From NCBI RefSeq assembly GCF_037042905.1, contig NC_087245.1, positions 2,048,001 to 2,112,000 of the forward strand: 64,000 bases of DNA. The letters are read 5' to 3'. Below are positions 1-14,484 of this stretch, piece by piece (positions within the stretch are counted from its first letter, which is position 1; the number at the start of each line of letters is the position of its first letter). The notes beneath the pieces were generated by a model that saw only the letters and a list, made by a program, of their open reading frames with translations, was not told where the DNA came from and did no database searches. The translations under genes and the position numbers were made by a program. The stretch is from Lytechinus pictus (Eukaryota).

Positions 1-574
1 CTTCAACTTAAAGTTCTAGTAAATGAATTATCTGGACAGACAATGATCTCAGTTGTTGTTGAGTATACAGTATCAATATTAAATTGGATCTACGCTGAAA
101 TTCACTTCCGAACCCCATTTTGGATAAACTAACAAGATGAATAGAAGCATATAGAAGTAAACAAAATGAGGTATAGACTGAATTCTGGAAGCAAAAGATT
201 TTTCGAGAGCCGAAACAGGTGCGAAAAACTTCCTCTGTCAAACTGCGCACTAGTGATGCGCACTGGATTGGCCCGAATCTGAGGAGAAACGGCATTGGAA
301 TGAAGGTCGTCTAAACGCTGATTCTGTGATATTGTGATTCATGTTTGTGTTTTGAATCATGATTCAAATCATGATTCAAATCATGATTCAAATCATGATT
401 CTGGCTTGAGGTCGCATAAACGCAGCCCTAGTAACTTCCTTCTCCCTCCATGGATCTGACGATAACTAGAAGGATCCCTCCTTAGCTCCAGTATGATTAA
501 ATGAAACAATGTGACCCCTGTACCAATCTTATGAGAATTACTGAATTCATATAAAGTCAAAGGGTTTACATTAC

Positions 575-647
575 CTCTGAGGTCCTCTTCATCGTATATC
601 CAAGCAAGGGGATCTTCATCTTTATCAACTTTGACTGACCTACTCAT
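575..647 (-). CDS. Candidate alternative first coding exon of TRAK/Milton (MSRSVKVDKDEDPLAWIYDEEDLR + 1 nt)
   Basis: ATG at 647-645, 24 codons, then AG|GTAATG donor at 574. It is phase 1, the same phase as the donor of the 8887-9117 TRAK exon. No homology recognised. Confidence 0.45.
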
Positions 648-943
648 AATCTCTCTACCGAGAGTGCATGGAAGTCCAGCACCAACATCATGACAAGAAG
701 ATGAGAGTCATAATTCCAAATATAATATTCCTCTGGCTATTCAAGATCATATTGTATTAGAGTAGAAAGATGGTGCGAAAAATGTTTCAAGATATATGCT
801 GTAGATATCAACCAAAGTTATTCCAATATTTTAAACAAATAACAAATCAATCTATAAAACAGCTATCTTAGGTGCTTTCATACATTGCTTCAATATACAC
901 AGTTCTACAAGCAACATCAAGACTGAGGAAAACAGATAGGTCA

Positions 944-957
944 ATTTCCATGGCAAC
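944..957. promoter_or_regulatory. RFX X-box-like motif ATTTCCATGGCAAC
   Basis: 13/14 match to GTTTCCATGGCAAC; upstream (minus sense) of the 647 ATG. Confidence 0.35.
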
Positions 958-1358
958 AGCTCATCTTCCTTCTCATCCTTCAAAACGAAGACAAATTTAT
1001 CAATTTAACCATAATGCTCCTGAAGTAGTAAAACGACAGGTTCCATTACTTGCTATGTTAGCTATTTAATTCATTCCGCACAAATCATCCAGCAGATTCA
1101 GTATCCTCTCTTTGTTGAGAAACGCGAGACCGGTATTATGAAATGTAACTTTATCAACTAAAGAGATGGCAATATGACAATTAGATTGCAGAGTGTCATG
1201 GATGTATGCATAGTCTACAAAATCACATTATCTATCCCCTGTGTCGGTCAGTTGAAGAATAACGTCTTACGGATCACAAGGTCAGGTTTGAAGAGGATGA
1301 AGCTAACTCAAAGGCAGTTTTTCAACACTTCTCAGGGAGAGCTGTAAGCCATACTCAC

Positions 1359-1372
1359 GTTGCTATGGTAAC
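1359..1372. promoter_or_regulatory. RFX X-box-like motif GTTGCTATGGTAAC, abutting a minus-strand GTGAGT donor at 1358
   Basis: Near-palindromic match to the GTTNCYATGGNAAC consensus. Confidence 0.45.
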
Positions 1373-4300
1373 GATCAACAAGAAGAAATCTAGGAGACAT
1401 TCAAATCAGAATTACATATAGTTGCTCTTCAGACAAATGCCCATCCCTTCACTCCGTAGTAAACAGTGAAGTATTCAATCACACCTAGTATGCTGTTGAT
1501 AAAAGTAAAGGTATTTCAAACCTACAATTATCAATAGAAAAAAGAAAATATTTCCAATACTACATTAGTTGTTTATCTAATATCCAAGGATGAATGGAGT
1601 TGATACACAGAGAGAGAGAGACAAATGCTTCCAACAATGGATGGTACATGTAGATGGTAAAACAATACTCAATCTACTTCTCTCTGCTTATATGAAAATA
1701 CCCTGTATTCAGATTTTCACAACACCTCGGCGACCGTCAGCTGCCCTTGTTCATATTTGGTTTAGAGATGTGTCACACTTTACCATTCAATCCAGATAAG
1801 TTTAAAAAAACATCAGCCCTGGACAGTTTCCCATGTCATGGTTCATAGAAATCCTAGTGTGTCTTCCATCCACAACTTCACTATTGAATCTAAGCAGTAG
1901 TTGTCAGAAATACACTAGCAGTATCCCCTTCCAATGCAGTGTCACAAGTAAACAATTACCAGTCTTCAAATTTACATTTCCATCAGTCATATCATATATC
2001 TGTGGTATAAAACCAAATATGACATTTTGTACATCAATGCTTGCACACTTCAGCCGAGTAGAGTCCCCAAACCACATTCCATACCATATTTCAAACAATA
2101 AAGATTTCTCATTAATCCTGTATTAAAGCTATCATAAATTAAGGACTTCTCAAGTTCCACAGGTAAAGCGGTGTACGTGTAAAATGTCAAAGGCACAATG
2201 CTATTCACTCTCTGTTCACCATTCAAAACGTTGAGAATGCAAACAATCCGTCATTTCACCACTAGAGGATAGAGATATTAGCCCAGATGTAATTAACTCA
2301 ACCTTTCTCATCCACTAGAGTGTAACGCCATCTACACCAATGCGTTGACATATATCAAAAGAATGTAATGCATCATTATGCAGCTATACACTGTATGTGA
2401 CATATGACTAAAACTGAAACATTTCCTAAATAATGATTTTTTTTCAGATGTCATGTTTCTTCTGTCTTACATGTAGGAATAAAATATTATGCATTAAAAA
2501 AATCACAAAGGAGGTTTAATACGTAGACTACAATGCTATGAATGTCATGTCTATTGGATCATGGAAGGTCCATGATTGGACGATAACTAATTCGCAGATG
2601 CAACCCCTTATGTCAGGAAGTGAATGCAGAAAACAAAAGCAAGTATTTGTTGGCGTTCAGTGGTTTTGATTCTGATTCCTCTGATTTTGAAATGTTTTGA
2701 AAGCCCAAATAAAGCTTTGGTAAATGTGAATTCATCAATTATTACAATCATACAAAGATGAAGTGGCCATTGAATCTCTTTTCAACCATTAAAATTCAAA
2801 TTTGGAATTGCTTTGTACATTATTTTGCATTATCTCTCTGTATTACTTTTCTTTGAGTACTCAGTTAGTAAATTTTAATTGCAGTTGAACTAGAAAGCTA
2901 AAAATCAGCCAGCTTGACAAGTGGTTTTATATTTAAAAATGACAAAAATATGCAGATATCTTATTTTTAACCTGATCAAAATAAATGTTTATTGAAAATC
3001 ATAAAAAAAAATATATCCCCTGAAACATTACATTTAATACCATTCGCATAATTGTTTAGTGCATATGAATTGCAATAATGACACCCACCTTCTGAGGATT
3101 TACCAAAACCAAAGATACAATTTTAAAATGTCTATTCAAACATTCATTATTATCTGTGTGATTTGCTTATGATTATGAGATCCAACATTCACATCTTTAT
3201 TTAAAATAAGTCTTTTGTTAATACTTTTATTTAAAATTAAAAGCTACATGGAATACAGACAATAAAGGCATACTCAAATGAAATTAGAGTCAACTCAATC
3301 AAATATTAATAGACCCTGATATATCCATTCAGGTTGATAGCTTTAGAAAAATATTGAAGCATGCTTAACAAATCAACTCAGTAGCTTTGATATCATAGAA
3401 GCTAATGTCTGTCTTCTAATGCATCTCATTTCTGATGATTGCTAATACACTGTTTTTTTAATCTTTTTTGTCTCTCGTGTACATTACATGTATATCGTGA
3501 GTCTCAAACTCTCAGTCGATTTTAATATTGAAAAATGCCTTGATACAAACCTTAAATAGCAAAATAACCTCCTTGATCCACATCCAGACGAATGTTATCT
3601 ACATTGTATATTATGTACATGGAAAACTTTGCAGCATCTGATTGTATCAGTATCTTGAAAATCAGTTTTCCAGAATCTGAAAGACGATTCCACTTTCTCG
3701 AAAATAGTTCTGGCTCTTTGACAATAACTCTAGGATGTTTGCATTGGACTTTTTTCATTGCGCATCAAACTCAACCTCTATGTCCTTGCATGAAAAAGTG
3801 ACAACAGATGGATCGATCAAGATCTATTGTGATTGCTTCAGTGGGTCTATTGTTATCTGTTAAATAAACCGATATTGATCCTTGGTGGGAAATTTATTGT
3901 TATTCTGTACATGTAAGGAAAAGTAGGGAGATGATAATACTTTCAAGTATGAGAACGGGTACAACTAAATCCTGATTTCTATCATATTTTTTGTACAAAA
4001 AATTGTAATGAGTCATTGTTTTTAAATAATATATAATTTTCCCCTCTTTGTTCACAAATGGAATATTTCGAATGATATATAAGCTTCATATGCACCTAAA
4101 AATCAAGGCGAACAAGATGTACTCCTGTTTATGATAGATGTATACTGAAGGATATAAATTCCAGTTCATATAAATATTGAGAATCTATTACAAAATTAAA
4201 TTATAAAGCTACATGTACTTGTTGAATGAGCAATAATGTGTTAACAGCTTTCAAATATTTTAATAAACAAATCACTGGAAATTTCAATGATATAGTGAGC

Positions 4301-7300
4301 AAAAAGTTCGAAATTATGAAAGTCAATAATTGAACCAAATTGGTGATACATAAGTAACCCATTGAAGATAAAGAGGGGTGACTCATGAAATATCTGACAT
4401 TTTCCATGAATTCTCGCAGGATCATTAATGTATTGTACATACATGTTATTCCCTGCACATACATGTACACACGTACATGTAGGATAAATGTGCATGATAA
4501 CTTCTGAATTTCATATTCAAAGAAATAATGATTCCTAGATTATAAGTTTAACCTGCACCCATGTAAGGCATATTAAACCAAATGTTAAGAATATACAGTT
4601 AAAACTACTTTGAAAACTATATTTGCTATTAGACATGATATCCTGCTTGTAAACAGAATAGCAGAGAACTATATATACAGGAAAGAAACATGCTGTCTCG
4701 GGGGGGGGGGGATGATGTTGTGGTCTGGATTTTTTTTAATGTAAAGGTTTCACTGGTACAATCTAACTAAAAGATACTGAACAAGCTTTGGTATAATCAT
4801 GGAAAAATTGTGATTTTTGTGATCTTTTTGCTGATTTGTTCAATACAACGTGAAGACATAAAGTAGGCCAAAGTAATACTGTATCTGTCAAAGGATTGAA
4901 GCTAATCCATTCGAAGGTTTTTATTGAAAGTATCATTATCATGTGTTATATTTTCTTGTAGCAAATCTAGTATCAATGGTGTATTATTGAAAAAGAGAGC
5001 AATCACTGATAACTGGTACTCATGCTACAAATATGCATGTCCACAGACTAGTTTTTAAAGGGAGGGGCTGACCATACAAAAAAACACCATCAAATGATCA
5101 GTGTTTACGTTTTTGTACTTGTTTAAAGAAAAAAGTGGGGGTGAGCGCCTGAAGCCATCCCTGCCCCTCCGCCCCTCCCACTCCTTCCATGTCCCTTGCT
5201 AAGTTGCTGAGGAACCAAAGATGAGAATGCACTATTTTAAAAGTCCTTCTACATTATAGTTGAATTTGAAACTCAAAGGGTAGGTATTCCAGCTCCAATG
5301 CACTGCAGACGCAGACTTTTAGTTTTTCCTACTTTCAGTGCATAATGCAGTCTTAATGTATTGAGACTAGATTTACTCATGGACTGTGGCTGCTGCTTAT
5401 AAAACAAGTATTGGGTTTGGAGTCTAGTCTCTCTACCCTTGACATGGTATTATTAGTTAAAGTGTCAAATTTGAGTCTGTGCTTGAAGACTACATTTACA
5501 TGTGTGTGTGTGTGTGTACTTCAATACCAAGCATTCAGCGTGCCAACATGCATACACACACACACAATCCACAGTGATCTTGGTTTTGTATGCACCAAAG
5601 GGACCGGTATTGTGTGCCAATTTGTGTGCGTATGCTGAGCGTTCATGCAGCTCGCATCCTGTATTGATTCAACGTAGCTACAACCATTTCTGATTGGTCA
5701 TTCTTCTCATGAATATGCAAACATGAAGTGGCTGCCAGCAGTAATACACTGGATAGCCATAATTTTCATTTAAAACCTGATTTTTCACAAATCTAATTAT
5801 GGATATGCATAAATTTTTTTCAAGTTCTTTTATCTAAAGCAACTATACTTATGTATATAAACAGAACCACTGAATACTGGAGGCAATTATATATAAAATG
5901 GTGAGTATAATGGTGAGCTTTGAAACTGGTAACCATACCTATATGGTACTATGGATATCTTCATATACTATTCACTACCCCTCCACATCACTCTGGTTTC
6001 TCTGCAATACGCATAAATCTTTCGCCTTTTACTAAAGATTTCCGTGCAGAGGAACACATTGATGAGTCTATAAGATTTTTCTCCTGCCCAGTGGAAACAC
6101 AGGGCATGCAATACAACAATGTAAAGAAAGAAACAAGCCAACCAAAACATGTTCCTAAAAATGTATACCATTAAAATTTGGAATTTAATTACTATTACTT
6201 GCTTGTACATGCCCACTATAGAGACAGTTAAATAAAGAGTAGGCCTATAAATTAAATTTGTTGGAATATCAGATTTAGTACTCAAATTTTTGGCAAATCA
6301 TTATCATTCTTAGGAATCTCATTTCTCCCAAATTTAGTACGATTTTTATTTCCTTTATTTATTGGGGTACCACTTTTCCAGCTATATTTGCTGTGGAATT
6401 CTGTAACTGTACTGATGCAAGCATAAATCAAAGAGATTTACATGTACCATTACTGTACTGAAAGAAGTCATTGATAAAAATCACAAAGGCCTACACATAC
6501 AATGGTACATACATGCACAGTATTCAGATATCCTAATGAATTATGGATGCTGCAAACTGGAAATTTTTTATTATGAAATTGTGGACTTCATGGACTTTTA
6601 TGTTCAATGTATATCCTTTTTTTTTAATTGAAAAACATTATAATGGTACATTAGCTATTGCATTAAATAAAGATGAGTTACAAGTTTAAAATAATGAAAT
6701 TGATCAGATAGATAGATAGAAAAATAGGTTTATTAAAAGATCATCGCAGCCAAAGGCCGAATTGTGATCAGTTTTACAATCATGCAAGTTACATACATGT
6801 ATAAAGTTTTCATACAAAGTATCATAACATTTTCTGAATGATACACAAACCTATATGTAATGTGATCTTAGAAGACAAAAAAGAGTGTCAGAGGAGAAAA
6901 AGATAGGTGAGTGAAAAGCAAACTAGACGAATGAAAATGGAAGTCGTGAAGGTGTAAGGAAGTAAATGGAGAGAATGGAAAAGAGAGGAGAGAAAAGGAG
7001 GAAAAACTAATGTGAACAAAGGAAGTAAGATTATAGGTAGCATGGTATTTCTTAATTTTTTTAATCCATATTCATAATCGTCTATGACTCTTATGAATGG
7101 AGGCAACCATATTGTGCACACTTGTCACAGCAGCTTCCTTGAGATCACAACTAAATTACAGTCAGACCAGCTCTGATCCTAGCCTCCCCTTCTCCGAATC
7201 ATTTTATTATTTGGACACAAACTTGCCGAGATTTTTTTTTTTCAGTCTAGTATGTGGGGAAATGAGATTTCAATCTAAAATCAAAATTCCTATGCAAGCT

Positions 7301-8085
7301 CACTTTGATTACATACATTTTCCAATATAGTCTACCTACAACCACATTATTTTTTATGAAAAACATCAACACATGCCTCGCGGGCTCAGACCTTTGTCAT
7401 CTATCATGTTTGAGCATACAGCCAGTATAAGAATGGCTGACTTTGCGACGCTGCGATGATCCAATTTTCAAACAATTCATTCTCTTTTTTTTCGAGGTAC
7501 ATGCCGGGGGTACATGTATGCTCGATGTATTCATTTCAGCAGGTAAATTATCTAAGAGTTTTGGCAACCGATCGATTTAATGTCCATAAAAAACGCCTAT
7601 GATTTGCACTGACAGCAGTGAAATACTGTCTGTGTACGCCCACTACATAGATTACGCGTAGCGACCGTGCATTGGGGAGGCAGCTCCCAGATCAGGATGA
7701 ATCCCTTATCCAGATTGGTGGTAGTCCCAACGTGTCCGGATAAGAGAGGTCGGACTTTACATGTAGTGTATGCATCTTCTGAGGCGAAGATCATGCAGGT
7801 GATATTCATGCAACTTCCAACTATACATAGGTGGTTTTGATACACTTTCACAAATTCTGTTTTAATACCACACAAGGGTATCTGATAAAAGGAGAGGTAT
7901 TGCCATGAATATAGAGTCATCTGATAACTGAACTAATGCGACATAGTCATTATACCGTACGGTATAATGACAATTGTCTTTTTAATGTAGAATGCAATTT
8001 GATATGTATTTGGTAGATATACATGTATATGATACATGATAGGAATTTGGTTGTGGGATGGTGAAGCACAACACACTCTGCAAAA

Positions 8086-8820
8086 CTAAACTCCTCAAAA
8101 AAAGTTTGGAAATCTGACTTTGATCAATAGTCCCTCCTCGGTTTTAGTGAATATTAATGTGTGATTGATATCAATGAATAGATCATTTATTGTCTTTAAA
8201 ATGACACCCTACATGATATGATTATGGTTCACATGGAGGTGCAGTGCCTTGAAATGTGGGGCAAGGTCAAAGTTCGAAAGTTGCAAAATGACACAGTATT
8301 CAAAGTCACTGTTCTTTTTTCTGTGGTGATGAGTGAGTTTCTCAGCGATTTCTTTTGTTTTCATGCACCTTAACATCAACATTAACATGAAATCAAACAC
8401 ACGTCTGCACAAGCGAACACATAACAAACAAACATGCATGGGTATTTCAAAACACGACTCAAACCATGTTAAATCTCACAAAACCATCACTACATAAACC
8501 AAAACAAAACATATAAAATGAAGAAGCAGGGGCTTGATTTGCATGGATTTTCATCTCTATTGACACAGACAAAAGAATCATGTTCTTTATTGACCCTTCA
8601 TGACGATTTCTGCTCGTTTTGCAGCTTTTCAATTCAGACCTCATCCAACACTTTTGAATCCTGCTCTTTTCTTGATGGCATGATTATAACAAGCATGGTA
8701 TCATTTTAAAGAAAATTAAATGATCTTTTGAATGATATCTAATATGCATTGTGTAAAATTGGGAGTTGGGAGGAATTGATGGCCAAACTCAGATTTCCAA
8801 ACTTTTTTGGAGGGGTTTAG
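8086..8820. mobile_element. Non-autonomous TIR element, Tc1/mariner-like
   Basis: ~33-bp TIR ctaaactcctcaaaaaaagtttggaaatctga / tcagatttccaaacttttttggaggggtttag; TA on the right flank. Confidence 0.65.
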
Positions 8821-8886
8821 TATGTATGAAGAGTTTGATAAGAGGACTATAATTAAAGCAGAGCAAAATAAAAATAATAATCTTAC

Positions 8887-9117
8887 TGAAATACTTGAGA
8901 GTCTCCTCCATCATTTCTGATGAAAGGATGTACCGGTCATCCTCATCCATGTTTTGACCAGATGCTACCAATCCGGCCGAGGCAGCCGGTCCCAACCAAT
9001 CATCATGTTCATAGCTATAGTGTGAGGTAGTATCCGCTCGCAGGGTGTAGAGAGGGATCTGCTCTTCAAGAAGACTGATGATCTCCACTTCAGGAATGTT
9101 TGAAGTGTTGTGAAGAT
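8887..9117 (-). CDS. TRAK1: TRAK/Milton (trafficking kinesin-binding protein) exon, N-terminal part of the HAP1_N domain
   Basis: Translates (D)LHNTSNIPEVEIISLLEEQIPLYTLRADTTSHYSYEHDDWL...EMMEETLKYF, matching the TRAK/Milton PEVEIISLLEEQ..Y.LRAD..HDDWL..EETLKYF signature. Polypyrimidine-CAG acceptor, GTAAGA donor, phase 1-1. Confidence 0.93.
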
Positions 9118-10228
9118 CTGACAGAGAGAGAAAAAAAATTGAAGATATTTTCTGCCTACTGGATCAATTATATATTTAAAAGCAGCTTGGGGACTTTATA
9201 GCAAAGACAATAAGCATGTAACAAATTGCATTAAAAATAGTATACCATTATGATCCACAATGGATTCCTTGAACATCTGACTGAAGAAAATTTCTGTCAC
9301 AAGAGGCTCATTTTTTAAAAGCAAAAATATTATTGTCTTCATGACATTATTTTGGAGTGTACTAGATTCAACTTTGCCATCAAGTGTTTGATATTATATA
9401 TTTTTTTTAATCACTGAATTTACTGTGAGATGAGTGTTTTGAATCATATTAAAGTGATAATCAAATTGTTGCTGAGCAATTTTCAAAAATTAACAGTTTC
9501 AAACAATGGGTCTACCCCACAAGCCCAGATGTACTTTGATTAATTCTGAAAAGAAAAAAATATTACAACATGAGGCAAAAGGGGTGAAGGAAATAGTAGG
9601 ACAATTATTTGATTTTATAGTTGCAGGGATGGTATACATGTAAATTTTCAATCATAAATAAACATTTTGGACGAACCCTGAAAACAATTTTTTGTTTCAA
9701 CTGAGAATAGACTGAGTACGATGTCATTTTGAAATCATTACCAAGATTGGCAGTTGACTCTAAAATGTTGCCATGCCACAATGCACATGTATCTTCTCTT
9801 TTCCCCCATTTTCCACTCAGCCCCTTTTCTATTTGTAATTACCGGTACCCCCATCTTCTTAATGCAACTAATCTTTTTTCTTTTGGTCTCCCAGTCACTC
9901 TCTTGCTTTCTTATCCCTCACTCGCAAGAAAAATAGCCTGCCCAAGTTCAAGCCAAAGCATGTTGCTAGGGGAACAGCAACGTCAAGAGTGCATTAAACT
10001 GAATTGATTTGCTAGTTCAGTCTCACGTCCCTGGTCAATCCAAAGGGACTCTAATGGTATTCACATGATGTAACAAAATATCACACATAAAGTGCAAACC
10101 TTCACAAGAATCGTTCAGCTACTGGGTTACTCGGTCGTTAGTTTGAAAATATTTCAGGAAAAACCATTGATATGTTCACAAGTGTTCCTGATCATGCACT
10201 TCATGATGTATCTTTACTAGCAGATTGC

Positions 10229-10822
10229 TTAAAGGGGAATGAAACCTCTGGAATAAGTACGCTTGTGTCGAAACAGAAAAATCAAAGAATAAGAACAAAG
10301 AAAGTTTGAGAAAAATCGGACAAATAATGAGAATGTTATGAGCATTTGAATATTGCAATCACTAATGCTATGGAGATCCTCCCATTGGCAATGCGACAAG
10401 GATGTGTGATGTCACATGTGAACAACTTTCCCTTTGATGGACTATAAAATAGCCTCAAAATGTCTATTGAACTGCTTTTTCTTGTGGTGATACAAACTCT
10501 TTATCCATGATGTATTCTTTAAAAATCTGTATTACATACCCTCCGATAGAAAGAACATATGATCTACTGATAGATGTGATAAAAGAGGCAATTTAAGTGA
10601 AATATATACTAAAGTAATGGGGAGAGTTGTTAACAAGTGACATTGCACATCTTTGTCGCATTGCCAATTTGAGGATCTCCATAGCATTAGTGATCGCAAT
10701 ATTCAAATGCTCATAACTTTCTCATTATTTGTCCAATTTTTCTCAAACTTTCGTTGATCTGTTTCTTTGATTTTTCTGTTTTCACACAAGCTATCTTGTT
10801 TCAAAGGTTTCATTGGCCCATT
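10229..10822. mobile_element. Kolobok/T2-like MITE (TTAA-AGG end, long internal inverted repeats)
   Basis: ttaaaggggaatgaaacc ... ggtttcatt; same family as 38119-38688. Confidence 0.7.
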
Positions 10823-12039
10823 ACAGTGAAGGTAGTGAGGACATGTTAGAAATCCAAGTCACAAAATGCTTTACAATAAAATGTACATGTAGGAATGTTG
10901 AATGCACGCTTGTAGTTTACAATGTCTCAAGTACTTTGCTCCATGTACACATTGGCATAGACAGATCATTCCTTTCTTACATGTAGTATCCCGCACAAAA
11001 TCACAAAACTATGACAAGACACCATAAAATCACAAAACCTCTTGGTAAAAGCCTTATTGCATACTATTGACTCAGTTATCTTTGACTTCTTGTGAAATCA
11101 AGTCCAGATCGTTCACATGAAATCAGATGAAATCAGGTGCATCCTTCCAATGCTTATAATACAGAAGAGGCATCCATTTCAACGAGACACTGTCAAAACA
11201 AAGCGATACTCCTTGGGTCTCTATCTTCCGATTGACCACACAACAAAGGCAATTTTAGCACTTTCAATGCAAATCACGCTTTTCCGCTGTGAATCTCATT
11301 TTGAGCTAAAGGTACCTTAGACGCACACACATGTACGCATCTCCAAATCTCTTGCCAATGTGTTTCCAATGCATCCACGTGTGCAACCAAGCCTCATCAT
11401 TTCGTCATCTGTCTCTATGATACATGATTCATCCTCCCCATCCTAGAACCCTATCCTCTATATACATGTAGTAGTCTACAACTAGACTTCAATTTCATAG
11501 CTATGAAAATATATTGTACAATGTTTTGTACAGATTTAAAACCTTTGTGGATTTAAAGTGTGAAATATAAAAATTCACAATTTACTTTCAAACAGGAGAT
11601 GATCAATGGCCTTGCAATAACAAAGGTATTCTGTTGATTTCTGAATTCACACAATAAGACCAACTGTATCTTCAACAATAAATAGAAAAATATAATTCTT
11701 GGTATTTCATCACAAAAAGAATTTTACAAAAGACAAGTGCACATAGTATCTCAAGAAGAAACTAAATATCGTCATAAGAGGCATCTATGGTGTCTTCAAA
11801 TAATTTATATCTAAATAAATAGAGAAAAATTCACAGAGCAAAATGTTGAAAATTTCATAAAGATTGGATAACAAATAACAAAGTTATTGAATTTTAAAGT
11901 TTATCAATATTTTGTGAAAACAGTTATATGCCCATCGTCATGAATATTCATTAGGTGGGTTGATGATTTCACATCCCCACTTTCCCTGTTCTTGTTATTA
12001 CATGAAATCATAATTGTTTCATTTTTTCATACATTTTGA

Positions 12040-12450
12040 AACAAGTGGGATGCCTCTGGCGGTCTCACCTGCATCACGCAATTCAATATAACAGCAGTGC
12101 TGACTTTAAACTACAGAACTATAAAATAATTATTCACAAAAAACACCAATCATATGATACAATACTACATTCATTGATATTTGACCTTGATCATGTGACC
12201 TAAAACTTGTCAGTGATACTTGATTATCCCGATATCCACATTTTATACACTATATCTATAGACTTTGAAAGTTATGACAGCAATCTAATAATTACCTCTA
12301 AAATGACCAAAGTTCAAATACCTTAAATGACCTTTGACTTTCGTCATGTGACCTGAACCTCGCATGAGATGTTCAGTGATACTTGATGAATCTTATGTCC
12401 AAGTTTTATAAACTAGACCAATATACTTACAGACTTATGATGGTAATTCA
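12040..12450 (+). mobile_element. Partial Helentron/HINE-like element with TGACCTTTGA repeats
   Basis: Shares the aacaagtgg.atgcctctggc.gtctcacctgcatc start and internal repeat with 26037-26997. Confidence 0.65.
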
Positions 12451-13920
12451 CATTTTTCTTCTGCTCTAACAGCTTTACATTTAAAAAAAAAAAAAAATCT
12501 GGGGTCAGTTTTAGTCATTTTGGGGGAGGGGAAACTTACATCAAATTATGCCATATTGTAGACTGATTCTTGTGCAAGTTCAGAGCTGCCTATTCTGTAT
12601 AGATGTGTTACCATGACAACATACTCATTGACATGAACTGTGATATACACAACCCCCAGTGCCAATTACCTTGGGTCTGATTTATATCAGTTTGAGTAAT
12701 AAACACCCAGTGATATACAGTTTATTTATAAAGTAACATTAACAACTTTCACATGGAGGGACGGGGTAATCTGACTGATTGAAATTGTATGATTTTACAT
12801 GTACAGTACAGGAACCCTTTGAGAAGAAAATTAAACACAAATACATGTATTGATGAGCTCTAAATTTTGGAAAATCATGATTCATGTCTGTTTCTTCTTC
12901 TCTTATTTTTTTTTATCAAAGAATATGTTTTAGGATTATAAATAGAAATGATACAAACAAGGAAACTATATGTGAATGTTTAAATAAAATTTGAAAGATG
13001 GATTTTGGAGCAAGGCATGATTGATGTTAGTGATATTGAAAGGAGCTTTCATTTGAAACCATTGTTCCTGATGATATGCCTGATATGCCATCTTCTAACT
13101 CAAGAGGGCAGCATTCCAGACTCTGTGAGAGATGGATAAAGGTACATAATGTAATAGCCTTGAACATGCTTTGAACATGTTGAATAACTTGAGCATGCCT
13201 TTGGACCTAGTCATGTAGCCCTCTCAAGGCCACCCACCACACAACTTACGACTGCTCCATGATCTTATTTTTGGCACAAATCGCATTTTGCTCATTTTCA
13301 GAGAATGTGAATGAAAATTATCTTATTTGAGGTAAGAGTAAATGGAATAAATTTGAATGATTGCAAGCCTTTACTTGTGAGTAAATGCCAAATTATATTC
13401 AAATTGTAGCCAATCGTACAACTACTATGACGTCATTACGAATACGGTAGATATCAAATTCGCTTTCTGACGATGATAGCATAGTCACAGATTTGAACAA
13501 AGGGTATTCGTACAATGATTTAGAACATTACACAGTAAGATATTCCATGTCTCAATATTCGCGTCAAATACTATATTTCATTCCAAAATTGGGTCACAGA
13601 CCAATCATAACGTGTGTGGTAGCCTTAACATGTAAATTGGAGGAGGTCATTCTAAAACAAAGTTCCTTGATGACAAAGCGGGCAGACTAGTGAGTACATC
13701 ACATGCTGACATGCAAACTGTAAACAAAAGCAAGACGTATTCGGTAATAATGAAGAGAAAATACTGAAGGAACAGGTGGCAGGTCTAGAGAATGCTACTC
13801 AGAAAGTGGAGAAAGTGCTAGCATTATATAAGTCGGAATCAAATTAATGATCAAGTAGCTGTTCATATGTTTAAACATGTTTTATTTATAAAAGATATCA
13901 TTATTTATGTTGATAATAGC

Positions 13921-14050
13921 AATGCTGATGATGATGATGATGATGATGAAGATGATGATGATGGTGTTGATGTTGATAATAATGCTGACGATGATGGTTA
14001 GGATGATGGTGGTAACTGTAGTGATGATGATGACTGTAATGATTATAATT
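13921..14050. repeat. Degenerate (GAT)n microsatellite
   Basis: gatgatgatgat... tract. Confidence 0.9.
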
Positions 14051-14062
14051 ATAGTGTCACAC

Positions 14063-14309
14063 AGGTCATGTGGTCTACTGGAATAGAGCATTGGACTCAT
14101 AATCACAAGGTTGTGAGTTCAAATCCCCACTCTGCCATTGTCTTCACTTTGATAAAAAGGCCCGAGAGTAATATCTGTCATCTTTAAGATGTGACTGATT
14201 AAACTATAGACATAAAATGTTTCCTAGGTAATCGGTTATAAATCAGCTTGGCTTTTGTCATGCCAATTTCCTACGGAAGTTACCATAAAAAGAAACAGAA
14301 ACAGAAATA
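14063..14309 (+). mobile_element. tRNA-derived SINE (Met-like head)
   Basis: A-box-like gtggtctactgg, ctcataa loop, B-box gagttcaaatcc, then a non-tRNA body ending in (gaaaca)n. Confidence 0.7.
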
Positions 14310-14352
14310 TGATGATCATAATAAGGTAAGATTGAAATAATAATTAACCAAC

Positions 14353-14484
14353 CTGTGAGGGTTCCAGCTTCTTGTATACCACTGGTCACCGCATCGTCTT
14401 CGTTATCTGAATGGCCAGTTGTGAAATACTCTTCAGTAAGTCTTTGGTTGCGGTCAGACTCTGTGTCCGTTGCCAGCTTGACCA
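14353..14484 (-). CDS. TRAK1: TRAK/Milton exon (VKLATDTESD...EAGTLT)
   Basis: ttttctcctgatctgccacaccAG acceptor and G|GTTGGT donor. Splices in frame to 9117 to give ...GTLTDLHNTSNIPEVE, like TRAK T.TD.....PEVE. Confidence 0.8.

Noticed and set aside
1359..1389. 31-nt coding micro-exon of TRAK
   Set aside because: It has AG/GT borders but would shift the frame and does not match the expected LC..RV.QMTKTY continuation. Kept only as a possible UTR exon.
13882..14106. Poly-Ile membrane peptide ORF
   Set aside because: Antisense reading of the (GAT)n microsatellite.
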